Below, in pieces: positions 25,095 to 37,979 of a stretch of 64,000 bases of DNA. The position numbers and the translations under genes are program-made. The stretch is from assembly GCF_006345805.1 (NCBI RefSeq), contig NC_043012.1, forward strand, positions 28,520,001-28,584,000. The letters are read 5' to 3'. The notes under the pieces were generated by a model. The model saw only the letters and a list, made by a program, of their open reading frames with translations, was not told the DNA's origin and ran no database searches. The stretch is from Octopus sinensis (lineage: Eukaryota). Positions within the stretch are counted from its first letter, which is position 1, and every line of letters begins with the position of its first letter.

Positions 25095-26601
25095 ACCGAG
25101 CGCCACGCATCTTGGAGGCATTTTTCTGCTTCTGCAGGAGTAGGAAATTTAAGTTTCCTCTCCTTGGGAAAAACACATTTATACATAATGGTTTTTAGTT
25201 TAGAGTTAGTTTTTTTCCTCCTCACTAAAGGACATAACACCTGGTTTTACAATATCATTTTGGCACTAGAGATCTTTATCTTTCAGCTCTTGTATCAAAT
25301 GCCCTAAAAAAAGATAGAGAGTTGTTGTGGTTCTTTGTTATTGTTGCTGTTGTTGCTTTCCACACAGGTTTTGTTGTTATTACTACTGTTGGCATTGATA
25401 ACTGCATTCTTGTTTTCGTTTTCGTTATCGCTGTTATCATTGCTGCTGCTGCTTGGATGTTTGAATCCGTGGGGCCCCGGATCACCTTGGAAATAAGGTC
25501 ACCTTTTAAACACCTGAGGTCCTCGGTGTTGGTGTCGGTAGGAGGGCCGGTTGCTCCTCTTTTCTCTCTTTAGGGCAAGAGACCCTGAGGTGACTTTGGT
25601 CACCACAAAAGTAAAAACATTTTGGGACCGTCAAGCAGGTTTATCAAGTCGGAGATGGCATTTATGCTCTCTTGTTCAATTTGCACAAGAAGCTCCATCC
25701 CCTGACCCGACCAATTTTGTTGGTGTAACCAGTGTCCCTCGAGGATTGTGGCGGTGTCCTTTACGTCTAGGAAGACCACCTCCACCAGCCAGCATTTACT
25801 GATTTGTGGTGGCAACTCCCCAATTTTTATACGTGTAAGGCACCGATTAAGATATGTCGACACGAATAAAAATTCATCTGTTTTTAGAGGCACTGTGGAA
25901 TACTGTTTTGCTTTTTCTTCTGTTGAAAATGCACTTCCACTGTGCTGAAGCGTCTTCCTCCCGTCACATAGGTCTTTTGTTTCCATATAGGCTTTGGAAT
26001 GAACTCCAGGTGTTGCTGAATTGCCTGATGGACCCATTTCTTCAAAACTTTATGAGGAGTCTTTTTGTTCGTCTCTCATATTAAATTCTGTGGGGCGTTA
26101 AGGAGAACATTGTTCCCATCGCTCCTTAACAGTTCATTTGCCTCTTTTATCGCGTCTAAAGTAATATTTATTTGTTTCTTTGTCTTGCCGCTGAGGCGAA
26201 ACTGTTGCCGCTTGGTTTGTCGTTATTCTTTTTGCTTGAGTGTTCTTGTTCGTTCGCGTTGTCAGTGTTTTTTTGTATTCTCTGTTTATGGTGGTCGTGT
26301 TGCCCTTGGTGCTAGTGCTGGTGCTGTTCAGAGTGGGGAAATCCTCGCGGTATTGGTCATCAGAACAGCCACTGCCACGCTCCTCGTCAAACAAGAAAAC
26401 AAGAAATATTTTTTAAAAAGGACTGTAAACCCGAAATCTCGCCCCTAAAAAAAGGGGGAATTCTATCAACAAGATCCTTGCCGGTGCACAACCAGAGGTT
26501 CAAAAACTCAACGATTCAAAAAAAGGCAACACTTCTAAAAAAAAAACAACAACAAAACTACCAACTCACAGAACACAAAAATCCACGTCTTTCCTCGCCG
26601 G
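25095..26601 (-). mobile_element. Tx1-like LINE 5' end and ORF1 (degenerate)
   Basis: T/N-rich N-terminus, FSTEEKA..FVSTYLNRCLTRIKIG (homologous to unit 1 at 17.4 kb), frameshifted C..CGDQSHLRVSC knuckle. Confidence 0.75.
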
Positions 26602-26619
26602 CTACAACAACAATAATTA

Positions 26620-27800
26620 ATTCTTTTATTGGCCACAAGGGCTAATATAAACAAACATAAAATGACATACAACAACATAAAAGAAAATACAAGACGATAC
26701 AAAGAGAATTATAGCGTGAAAACATTAAATAAACAATAAAATTAAACAAAGTAAAGACTCCCAATAGTGGGGTGCGCTTTAAGGCTACTCGTAGAAAACC
26801 CCACAAAAGCCACGGATGTCTGACCAACAGTGCATGAACCTTTCTCCTTTTATTTTTCACAGGATCGTTTTACACAGGCCATTGTTTCGACATTCACCTA
26901 TCTTTCAACAAATTTGCTAGAAGGCAACACTTCCCTCTCCACCTTTACTTACAACCTTGAAACTTGAAAAAGTTGATTAGGCTTTTGCAAAAGAGGAAAG
27001 TGTCCGTGTTTATCATTTCAAACGTTTCCACCATACGATCTCTCTTCCTATGGCCACCAGACAAATAAAAATTGCCTGCCCCTCCCGTCCAAAGAAGGGC
27101 GGCGGTGCAATCTTCTGATAGTCGGATCCGTCTTACACGCAACAGCATGTGTTTGACATAAACCCACTGGTCAGCAATGCTCGGCGCTGGACGAGGACGT
27201 GCAGAACGGTTTCGTTGCTCTGCGCGCTCCTTGACGGCACTAATGTTTATCCCGAATGGGAAGCGCCCCTTGGTAGCACTGCCAAGCAAGGGATTTCTGT
27301 AAATAATCCATTGGCTCAGGCCCGAAAGTACTCCGAAACAGACCAGTAAGTTGATCCTCGACGACGCCTAGAGTTTCCCCGAGAACATCGTCGCACTTCC
27401 CCCCCACTAACCCTCTATAGAACGCTGGAGTGGAACTACCACCGATCGCATTGTCCGCCTGGCGGAAGGTTGTGAGATCTTGACGGCACTCGAGGTACCA
27501 GTCTACGCCTTATCCAAGATGGCAGCTCAGTCAAAGAAACTAGCTGTGGAAGAGAGTGTCTGACAAACGGCGACCACACCTGCTCACCGTCAAGGCAACG
27601 CTGGATATGCCATAGCCTGAGCGCTTGTCTGCGCGTCAGCAACCACGGCATACCCAGCCTTGCATTCAGCAGCTGTTTACAGCTGATGGAGCGCCTGACA
27701 ACAGAAAACAGAAGAGTATGTGCACCAGCTTGGTCAACCAGCAAACGGGGCAAGGGATGACGGTCAAGCGGTAATAGATGATGGATGCGATGAATAACAA
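26620..27800 (-). mobile_element. Tx1-like LINE, 5'-truncated ORF2 C-terminus and 3' UTR
   Basis: IYYRLTVIPCP, VRRSIS..LGMPWL..RRQALRL..LDGEQVWSPFV; 3' end GCCAATAAAAGAA. Confidence 0.75.
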
Positions 27801-27874
27801 CAACAACAACAACAGCACCAGCACCACCACCAGCACCACCACCTCCAACAACAACAACAACAATAATAATCCTC

Positions 27875-28660
27875 TCTATCATAGGCACATGGAACTGCTA
27901 TCATATATTGGCAAAAGAAAGAACTGATGAACTGATACAAAGATAATAAAAATATTGACAGCGCACGAAGCCTTCTACCCTAAGAGCGATACCGAGTGAT
28001 TTGTAAAAAAATACCATGAAACCATTGTTGAAACCTGTGGAGAAGTTCGGCCTTATTAAAACTGATAATTGTGTGAAAAAAGAAAAAACTTAAGAGGAAA
28101 CGAACACACAAAAAGAAACAGCATGAAAGCAAAAAAATGTACGGTCAGTTTGCAAGAGATACGAACGCCAAGACAGATACTGAAGACCGGTGGCTCTGGA
28201 TGAAGAATAGTGACCTGAAGATAGAGACAGAAGCACTTATTTGCGCATCACAAGAACAAGCGTCAAGGACCAACTCTATGAAGTGCAGAATCGACAACAC
28301 TACCGACAGCGACAAATGCAGAATGTGTGGTGAGACGGGTGAAACGATCTGGCACATCGTTAGCGAATGCCCGAAATTAGCACAACGCGATTACAAAAGA
28401 GGACATGACAATGTGGCAAGAATTATCCATTGGGAGCTCTAAGGAAACCAAGACCTACAAAGAGCCAAGACGTGGTATGGAGTCACCGAAAATGAGAATT
28501 GCAAAATCCAATGGATGTAATAATTCAGTGCGATCATCTGACCAGACATCGGAAACCGGTCATTATTGTGGTGAATAGAAAAGAAAAAAAGTTGCATGAT
28601 AATCAACGTCGCATGTCCCGGTGACAACAGAATCAAAGAGAAAGAAGAAAAACTGAACAA
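27875..28660 (+). mobile_element. R4/Dong-like LINE copy C (3' fragment)
   Basis: HEAFYPKSD, MYGQFAR, KNSDLKIETEALICASQEQA, CRMC..ETIWHIVSECPKLAQ..HDNVA, ACPGD. Confidence 0.85.
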
Positions 28661-28959
28661 ATAATTATGGTTTCTAATTTTGCTCTCCACCTCTCTCTTG
28701 ATATGACATGTAATAGGTTGCATTTGGTTTAAAACTTCGTCGCTGTAATGTTTACTTTCATTTTGTGATCTGATGAGGTAAAAATAATCAAACTCTAAAC
28801 GTCTGTAACATTTTCCAAAATTTGTTTGGAATAACTGAATCGCAGAGACGGATTCAGCGTGAAAAATTACATCAATATACCAAAATTGAAAATTCTCACA
28901 ATTTTAAAATTTCAAAATCTCTGACAGCAACAGAAAAGCTCCTCCCTCTCTGTCTCTTT

Positions 28960-29396
28960 CTGAGTATTGAATGCATTAATTAGATGCTTAGCACACAAGA
29001 GCCTCTGCCACATAAACTCGGGAGACGAGGTCTCACTTCAGTTCAAACTCCCTCAATTTGCCAAAAGTTTTAGTTTTGCCAGGACCATCAACAAACCGCA
29101 AGAGCAAACATTTTCGGTTGCCGGTTTACACCTTAAGGACCCCTGCTTCACCCATGGTCAGCTTTACGTTGGATGTTCAAGAGTAAACAATAATAAAAAA
29201 TACCACTTTATATCTATACACCAAATAGAAAAACCAAAAACTCCGTTTATTGGTCCACTATAGATTGCACGCAAATAATGCAGAAATATGCCCTATCCCT
29301 CACGGGGAAGACACGGTCTGACATGGAATAAAAAAAATGTAATATAAAGGAATTCAAGTGTGAAAATTGTCCGGCAACGACGGGGTACTCAGCTAG
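28960..29396 (+). mobile_element. Helitron 3' fragment: PIF1 helicase C-terminus, hairpin, CTAG
   Basis: FARTINKPQEQT..GLHL..PCFTHGQLYVGCSRV; ccggcaacgacggg..ctag at 29371-29396. Confidence 0.85.
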
Positions 29397-29614
29397 TCAT
29401 CTCTATTTTTTACTTCATTAACAAATTTTATGAATTAAAAGACCGATGGCAACAAATGCTATGTAGAAAATATAAACCATTTCATATAAAACGCTGTTTT
29501 AAAGCTGTATACAAGAAATGAACAGCCAAAACCAATATGATTCTCTTAAATGCTTGCCTATAGGTTTTCCTACAAAACTGTAGCAACAGCAAAGAGAAGT
29601 TAATTTATAAAGAA

Positions 29615-30626
29615 CTAGCAGTATCGCCCGGCGTTGCTCGGGTTTGTAAGGGAAATAACTATATAAGCATTTTTAGAGAGTTACTTCCTTTATAGATGCC
29701 AATTCGGGCTTTCTTAGCCATTTCTGTTTTGGTGTCTTCAAGCCATGAAGTCGTTGTTCTAAAAGAACGCTGGTCTCCTTGACAACGCTTTACGACGTTG
29801 ATTTCCTTACACTCCCTTCCCCACAGCTTCACGAGGGAGGGAAGAAGGGGGAAAAGCAAACAGGTGCAGGTGTGACCATGGACGCCAACTCCGCCGCCAT
29901 CGACACACGAAAAATTATGCATTAAAATGGAATAAAAAATGATGTTAAATTATTTTAAAAATCGTAGACTCATCGTAGACGCGCGCTAATACTCAGACGG
30001 GCTCGATATGAATCACGACTATAAGATACCCGAATTTGGTTAAACTGCACCGCAAAATGTGGGAGTAGTTAGGAATCTAAATCGAAGGGGACAGACACTC
30101 ACACAACTACAGTTTTATATCTATATATATAAAACTGTAGTTGTGTGAGTGTCTGTCTCCTTCGATTTAGATTCCTAACTACTCCCACATTTTGCGGTGC
30201 AGTTTAACCAAATTCGGGTATCTTATAGTCGTGATTCATATCAAGCCCGTCTGGCTATTAGCGCGCGTCTACGATGAGTCTACGATTTTAAAAATAATTT
30301 AGCATAATTTTTTATTCCATTTTAATGCATAATTTTTCGTGTGTCGATGGCGGCGGAGTTGGCGTCCACGCTCAAACACCTGCACCTGTGTTTGCTTCTC
30401 CCCCTTCTTCCCTCCCTCGTGAAGCTGTGGGGAAGGAAATCAACGTCATAATGCGTTGTCAAGGAGACCAGCGTTCTTTTAGAACAACGACTTCATGGCT
30501 TGAAGACACCAAAACAGAAATGGCTAAGAAAACCCGAATTGGCATCTATAAAGGAAGTGACTCTCTAAAAATGCTTATATAGTTATTTCCCTTACAAACC
30601 CGAGCAACGCCGGGCGATACTGCTAG
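29615..30626. mobile_element. Two non-autonomous Helitrons head-to-head forming a ~1-kb imperfect palindrome
   Basis: Arms ~29615-30118 (-) and ~30120-30626 (+); TCTATATATATAAAA start at centre, cccgagcaacgccggg hairpin + CTAG at both outer ends. Confidence 0.9.
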
Positions 30627-30870
30627 TATATAGATATTGCTTATATGAATTTTAATCCTAGCGTTTAGCTCTTGACAGAGTCATAAATAGACAAGAGGGA
30701 TTTAACATGAAGAAATAAAGACGTAAGCGAAATAATGTTTTTGTTAGAGTTACCTCCCTTACATCAAAACAACTAGTTCTGCTTAATTCAAAATTTTCAA
30801 TCTCTGTCTCTCTTCTGCTCTCCGCCTCTTTCTCTCTCACGTGCGCCTTCACACGCTCTTTCACTCACGT

Positions 30871-30909
<39 letters not shown>

Positions 30910-30935
30910 CGCTCCCTCTACCTTTTACTCTCTAG

Positions 30936-32910
30936 ACTACAAGAAAGCCTTTGACTCTGTTCCCCACTCATGGATTTTAGAAGCCCTTCAACTTGCTAAA
31001 GTTCCAGTGAACATAGTCAAAGCCATAGCTGACTTGACTTCATCATGGGCCACCATCTTGAAATTAAACACACGGAGTGACTGTGTTATCATTGAGAGAA
31101 TACAGTATTGCAGAGGCATATTCTAAGGGGACAGTTTCTCTGTGATGTTTATACTTTCCGTAAACCCCTTGTCATTAATGTTAAGGAAGTCTGAAGGATA
31201 TCTCACTGGTTCACAAGGAAACAGAAATACCATAGTTACACACTGTTTTTTTGTGGATGACTTGAAACTTTATGCAAAGAATATGCATGAGATGAAAACG
31301 AGCCTTGACCTAGTTACGACACTCTCAAAGGATGTAGGGTTGGAGTTTTGTTAGGATAAATGTTGTTATATGGTAGTGAAAAGGGGGCAAACTATAAACC
31401 AGACTAGTAACATCTCCATTAATGATTTGATTGTTTCCCCTGTATCTGACGAGGAATGTTACAGGTATCTAGGGGTGGATGAAAATATATCTTACAGTGG
31501 CACGTGTAACAAAACACGTGTCACTAAAGGATATTACAGCCGAATAAAGAAAATTCAGACCTCAGAACACTCTGCATTCAATAAAATAGTGGCCCACAAT
31601 GTGTTTGCAGTGCCAGTACTCATACAAACATTTGGACTACTTGATTGGGCGCTTGATGAGATCCGAGCCATTTTCCACATAATTTCCACATAAACAGTGA
31701 TGTAAACCGCCTCAACCTAAAACGGAAACAAGGCGGCAGATGCTTAACATCGATCCAAAATGCCTTTGAATGTCACATCATATCCCTTCGGCAGCATGTT
31801 TTAACCACCAAGTGTCGAAGTGCATCCCTTGACAAAATTTGCATACATGAGGCTGATAACATCATAAGACTTGGAAGGCTGCTCCTTAAGCAACACTCGT
31901 TGTCTGATAACCTGGAATACATGCCCAAAGAAGTCGCACGACTCTACCGCAACGTATCATCAGATGAAAGGATGAGTCAATATGAGCAGAAGACTATGCA
32001 TGGATATGTTAGTAGAAAGCTCTGAGATGATAGTAACATTGAACATCAAAGCAGTCTCTCATGGACCAATAACCGGATTCCTACCTCCCACTTTCAAGGG
32101 TATGTGTTTGCAGTCCAGTAACAGGAAATATCAAGCAAATACCTGATGCACAAAAGGGATAGCGATGCAGGAAAATCAGTAAGATGTGACAACTTTGTGG
32201 AGACTTTGTGGAGTTAACATGGAAGATATCCCCTACATCATAAGCAGTTGTCCGAAAATGTCATTCACGGTATTATCTACCGATAAGACATGACGTTGTA
32301 GCTAGGACACTCTATAATGAAATCCGTCGGAAGGATAATCTCGAGAACAAAGAAATATGAACACACAATATGGTAGAAGCTATAGCCACTCATAATAAAA
32401 AGGAATACTGGTGGAATGAACCATTGAAGACCTCAATAAAATGTAAGCACAACAGACCTGTATCAATGATTTGGGATAGAGAAGAGAAACTGTGCACAGT
32501 TGTTGAAATCAGCTGCCCAGCGGATGTTAACATAAAACTGCAGATCAATGAAAAAGAGAACACTTATGCTGAACTATTGAGAAATCTGCAGTTACTCTAT
32601 CCAGATTACAAGTTCAGGTTTATATCTGTAATTATTGGGGCCATGGGATATGTAAAACACTGCCTAAATACCAATCTTGAGAAATTAGGCTTCTCAAAAC
32701 CAGAAAGGAGAAAGCTAATTCGAAGACTACAGATCCAATTCATCACTGGAACTGTAAAACTCTGTAAAACTTTCCAGACGTTTATCATTTAGATATATAT
32801 AAGACTGTGTAGATATGCAGCTACATGCGTAAAACATAGAAATCTGCACATACGTACATACCAACTCAACCACACATTTACAAACATGAAAAACATACTG
32901 TATACATATT
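30936..32910 (+). mobile_element. R4/Dong-like LINE copy D (RT to RLE, degenerate)
   Basis: DYKKAFDSVPHSWI, GIF*GDS, HCFFVDDLKLYAK, YRYLG, RHDVVA, VEISCPAD, IIGAMG. Confidence 0.88.
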
Positions 32911-32927
32911 ATGCATATGTATATGCG

Positions 32928-32959
<32 letters not shown>

Positions 32960-32984
32960 TAGTATATATATATATAATATATAT

Positions 32985-33030
<46 letters not shown>

Positions 33031-33034
<4 letters not shown>

Positions 33035-33390
33035 CAATTAAGGAACGGCCATAATAGGCCATTCACCCACTAGAAATAACAGCCAAAGCTTCTACCGCAA
33101 ATAAAGATTAATTCCGTAAACAGGAGAAAATTAAAAAAACATTTACCCTGTAATTTCTTGTACGGTATACCGTTTCATCCGCTGTTTAATGGTAAACTAA
33201 CCTGGTTAAATTAAATCAAGCCAATCTTCCATAAGCCCTCGCATTCTCAGCAAGAAATAGCTCAAGTCGGAACAGATATATACACGAGGCATACCCAATC
33301 TTGCCAAGTCAATATCTGACCTAAAATTTTCAAATCGTCGCACTCGCGCCAAATTTATCGGCAGCAAATAAATATCAGCCGTCGATTCCA
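33031..33390 (-). repeat. Inverted partial copy of the 489-bp hammerhead unit
   Basis: Reverse complement of most of the array unit; abuts (TA)n; core reads ctga-ga (1-nt deletion). Confidence 0.92.
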
Positions 33391-33400
33391 GCCGTCGATT

Positions 33401-35834
33401 TGGTTAATTCCGTAATGGAATCGACGGCTGATATTTATTTGCTGCCGATAAATTTGGCGCGAGTGCGACGATTTGAAAATTTTAGGTCAGATATTGACTT
33501 GGCAAGATTGGGTATGCCTCGTGTATATATCTGTTCCGACTGAGCTATTTCTTGCTGAAGAATCCGAGGGCTTATGGAAGATTGGCTTGATTTAATTTAA
33601 TCAGGTTAGTTTACCATTAAACAGCGGATGAAACGGTATACCGTACAAGAAATTACAAGGTAAATGTTTTTTTAATTTTCTCCGTTTACGGAATTAATCT
33701 TTATTTGCGGTAGAAGCTTTGGTTGTTATTCTAGTGGGTGAATGGCCTATTATGGCCGTTCCTTAATTGTTAATGTTGAACTTAAAAATGGTCTATGACT
33801 ATTTAATTTTTTTCCCGCTGGGCCGCTGGTGGCAATAAAATTCTACAAAATTTTCCTTGCCACCCTATATTGATTAATTATGAATTTTTTGTTAATTCCG
33901 TAATGGAATCGACGGCTGATATTATTTGCTGCCGATAAATTTGGCGCGAGTGCGACGATTTGAAAATTTTAGGTCAGATATTGACTTGGCAAGATTGGGT
34001 ATGCCTCGTGTATATATCTGTTCCGACTTGAGCTATTTCTTGCTGAAGAATCCGAGGGCTTATGGAAGATTGGCTTGATTAATTTAACCAGGTTAGTTAC
34101 CATTAAACAGCGGATGAAACGGTATACCGTACAAGAAATTACAGGGTAAATGTTTTTTTAATTTTCTCCTGTTTACGGAATTAATCTTTATTTGCGGTAG
34201 AAGCTTTGGCTGTTATTTCTAGTGGGTGAATGGCCTATTATGGCCGTTCCTTAATTGTTAATGTTGAACTTAAAAATGGTCTATGACTATTTAATTTTTT
34301 TCCGCTGGGCCGCTGGTGGCAATAAAATTCTACAAAATTTTCCTTGCCACCCTATATTGATTAATTATGAATTTTTTGGTTAATTCCGTAATGGAATCGA
34401 CGGCTGATATTTATTTGCTGCCGATAAATTTGGCGCGAGTGCGACGATTTGAAAATTTTAGGTCAGATATTGACTTGGCAAGATTGGGTATGCCTCGTGT
34501 ATATATCTGTTCCGACTTGAGCTATTTCTTGCTGAAGAATCCGAGGGCTTATGGAAGATTGGCTTGATTTAATTTAACCAGGTTAGTTTACCATTAAACA
34601 GCGGATGAAACGTATACCGTACAAGAAATTACAGGGTAAATGTTTTTTTAATTTTCTCCTGTTTACGGAATTAATCTTTATTTGCGGTAGAAGCTTTGGC
34701 TGTTATTTCTAGTGGGTGAATGGCCTATTATGGCCGTTCCTTAATTGTTAATGTTGAACTTAAAAATGGTCTATGACTATTTAATTTTTTTCCCGCTGGG
34801 CCGCTGGTGGCAATAAAATTCTACAAAATTTTCCTTGCCACCCTATATTGATTAATTATGAATTTTTTGGTTAATTCCGTAATGGAATCGACGGCTGATA
34901 TTTATTTGCTGCCGATAAATTTGGCGCGAGTGCGACGATTTGAAAATTTTAGGTCAGATATTGACTTGGCAAGATTGGGTATGCCTCGTGTATATATCTG
35001 TTCCGACTTGAGCTATTTCTTGCTGAAGAATCGAGGGCTTATGGAAGATTGGCTTGATTTAATTTAACCAGGTTAGTTTACCATTAAACAGCGGATGAAA
35101 CGGTATACCGTACAAGAAATTACAGGGTAAATGTTTTTTTAATTTTCTCCTGTTTACGGAATTAATCTTTATTTGCGGTAGAAGCTTTGGCTGTTATTTC
35201 TAGTGGGTGAATGGCCTATTATGGCCGTTCCTTAATTGTTAATGTTGAACTTAAAAATGGTCTATGACTATTTAATTTTTTTCCGCTGGGCCGCTGGTGG
35301 CAATAAAATTCTACAAAATTTTCCTTGCCACCCTATATTGATAATTATGAATTTTTTGGTTAATTCCGTAATGGAATCGACGGCTGATATTTATTTGCTG
35401 CCGATAAATTTGGCGCGAGTGCGACGATTTGAAAATTTTAGGTCAGATATGACTTGGCAAGATTGGGTATGCCTCGTGTATATATCTGTTCCGACTTGAG
35501 CTATTTCTTGCTGAAGAATCCGAGGGCTTATGGAAGATTGGCTTGATTTAATTTAACCAGGTTAGTTTACCATTAAACAGCGGATGAAACGGTATACCGT
35601 ACAAGAAATTACAGGGTAAATGTTTTTTTAATTTTCTCCTGTTTACGGAATTAATCTTTATTGCGGTAGAAGCTTTGGCTGTTATTTCTAGTGGGTGAAT
35701 GGCCTATTATGGCCGTTCCTTAATTGTTATGTTGAACTTAAAAATGGTCTATGACTATTTAATTTTTTTCCCGCTGGGCCGCTGGTGGCAATAAAATTCT
35801 ACAAAATTTTCCTTGCCACCCTATATTGATTAAT
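33401..35834 (+). repeat. Tandem array, 5 x ~488-491 bp, one hammerhead per unit (retrozyme/pLTR-like)
   Basis: gttaattccg at 33403, 33891, 34379, 34870, 35359; units differ mostly by 1-nt indels; ends in (TA)n. Confidence 0.95.
33548..33652 (+). ncRNA. Type I hammerhead ribozyme (family 4), unit 1; repeats at 34036-34138, 34525-34628, 35016-35119, 35504-35608
   Basis: tttcttg CTGAAGA atccg[~58 nt]cggat GAAA cggtataccg TA caagaaa; 7-bp stem I, 5-bp stem II, palindromic stem III; predicted cleavage after 33645. Confidence 0.88.
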
Positions 35835-36178
35835 ATATATATATATATTTATATATATATATATATAATATATATATATGAGACAAAGAAGTAAATGGAG
35901 AAATTGACATGAAGACATCAGTTTACTTAGAGATATTCAAATGCATATAATGAAATTCCATTCCTACAACCATTTCCATATCCAATTAGTTCAATTACTG
36001 AAATTAAATTAAATTAAATTAATGTAAATTTTCTTATTGAAACTGGTTAATTGGTATTTCATCAGGAGAGAATTTTCCAAATGAGAGTTACATTTCAGCG
36101 TGTTGGTTGACCTACGACAGACTAAGATATGTGCGTTGTTTTAATATATATATATACATATATATATTTATATATATT

Positions 36179-37050
36179 TGTTTTTTGTATCGTCTTCTAA
36201 ATGTTTTACGTTCTTGTCCCAGTTTGTATTTTTCTACATAAAATAATATATATAGCGGCGTCCGTACCCTCGTTGGCCTTATATGTAAGTACATATTCCT
36301 ATAAAATTTGGTACGACTCTACACACTGTCTCTCTCTCCTACATTTCTCTGCCTTTCACACTTTGCACTCTACTTTTATCTGTCCCTTTCTCTCTCTCTC
36401 TCTACTTCTCTTTTTCTCTTTCCTTGCTTCTTATTCTTTGGTCTACTCTTCCCCCCACTCTCTCACATTTCTCTGTCTTTCTCACCTTGCACTCACTAGC
36501 CCTCCTTGGCACGCACTCTTTCTTCTCCCCTCTTTAATTCCTTCTTTCTCTCTCTTCTCCCCCCTTTGTTGCCTTCGTCCCTCTTTCTCTCTCTCTTTGT
36601 TTCCGTTGACCCCTTTCTTTTCTCTTTCTTCTGTCACGTGACTGCTGGTCAAAATCAGCCTTTTGGCCTTCGACCAGCGCCGTGAGAACATCTGTTGTCT
36701 TCGTCTACCGATAAAGGCATTTTTTCAAAATACGCCAGCTAAACATCCGCTGTTTTTGTCCTGTTTTTACCATTATTGTTTTTTGTATTTTATATTCGTG
36801 TGGCATCGTCCGTTTTTCTGTCCCTGTTTCGTATACATTCGATCCTTCTTCCAAGAAATCTAATGCTCGTAGATTAGTTTTTTTCTTGGGGCTGGCTGGA
36901 TCGGAGCGATCTCAAGATTAATCAGCCGAAATTGCGAGGATGATCAGGTTCTTGACTGAAGATTGAAGGCTTCGAATGTCCCGTCTGTGTTTTTTGTATC
37001 GTCTTCTAAATGTTTTACGTTCTTGTCCCAGTTTGTATTTTTCTACATAA

Positions 37051-37063
<13 letters not shown>
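36179..37063 (+). mobile_element. ~810-bp unit bounded by a 75-bp direct repeat, in (TA)n; possibly a PLE-type terminal repeat
   Basis: 36179-36254 is identical to 36988-37063; CT-rich interior; no ORF. Confidence 0.55.
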
Positions 37064-37120
<57 letters not shown>

Positions 37121-37667
37121 CCTATAACCAAATTCGTTTGATATATTTGTGTACGTGCATATGTAACACATGTTTTTATTGGCGGTGGTGTGGTAGTTCG
37201 GGCAAAATTGATGTTATAAGGAGAGAAAGAGATTAAAGTGAGTGAAAGATAAAAATGGGTAGAGGGAGAGAGAGGGGGGGGGGGCAATAGCGCATGCGTT
37301 TGTTAAGATACTGAAGACATCAAAAAATATGACGTATCAAAACTGCTAGTAAATTACCATATAATGGTGTTGCGCCATCAATATTTGTGCGTGAATCTAC
37401 GGTCAATGTAAACTTAGTAAACAAAAGCAAAACTTAGACATTACCAGATACTACTTAAAGATAATTTATATTAGAATTAAGTACACTAAAGGTGAAATTA
37501 CTATGAAGGTAATGCTTTATCTCAAATTTAGCTTTATAAATTATTACAAGAATTTCAAAGATATATTTATGAGAAACGTGCTAAATTGAATTTATTGTAA
37601 AATACTAATTGCCACATATAGAAGACATAACGTCCTTCTACACCATTTAATTAAAATTTTATATTAT

Positions 37668-37829
37668 AGGTCCAGGCGTGACTGTGTAATAAGACTTGCT
37701 TCCCAACCACAAAGCTCCGGGTATAGTCCTACTGCATGGCACTATTGTCAAGAATCTGCTACTATATCCTCGGGCCGACCAAAGACTTGTGAGTGGATTT
37801 GGTAGGCGGAAACTGAAAGAACCCTCCGT
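37668..37829 (+). mobile_element. SINE family A
   Basis: aggcgtgactgtgt..gacttgcttcccaaccac..gggccgaccaaagacttgtgagtggatttggtag. Confidence 0.85.
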
Positions 37830-37979
37830 GTATATATGTATATATATAATCTTCGCTTGTTTATTACTGTTTTTATTTTATTATTCATGTCCACTGTCCG
37901 GTAATTTTTCGTCACACATCAGTGATCCCTTCAGTGACACTTAAGCGACACACACGAAAACGAAGAGAATTTAATATGA

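Noticed and set aside
34367-35499. Repeated 66-87 aa ORFs (MNFLVNSVMESTAD..) in the tandem array
   Set aside because: No recognisable motif; frame broken differently among units; RNA structure explains the unit better
33401-35834. CRISPR-like or viroid interpretation of the array
   Set aside because: No unique spacers or cas genes; eukaryotic TE context; flanking inversion and (TA)n match PLE-type integration
37668-37760. SINE-A heads as tRNA genes
   Set aside because: A/B-box-like motifs only; no cloverleaf acceptor stem; followed by SINE body
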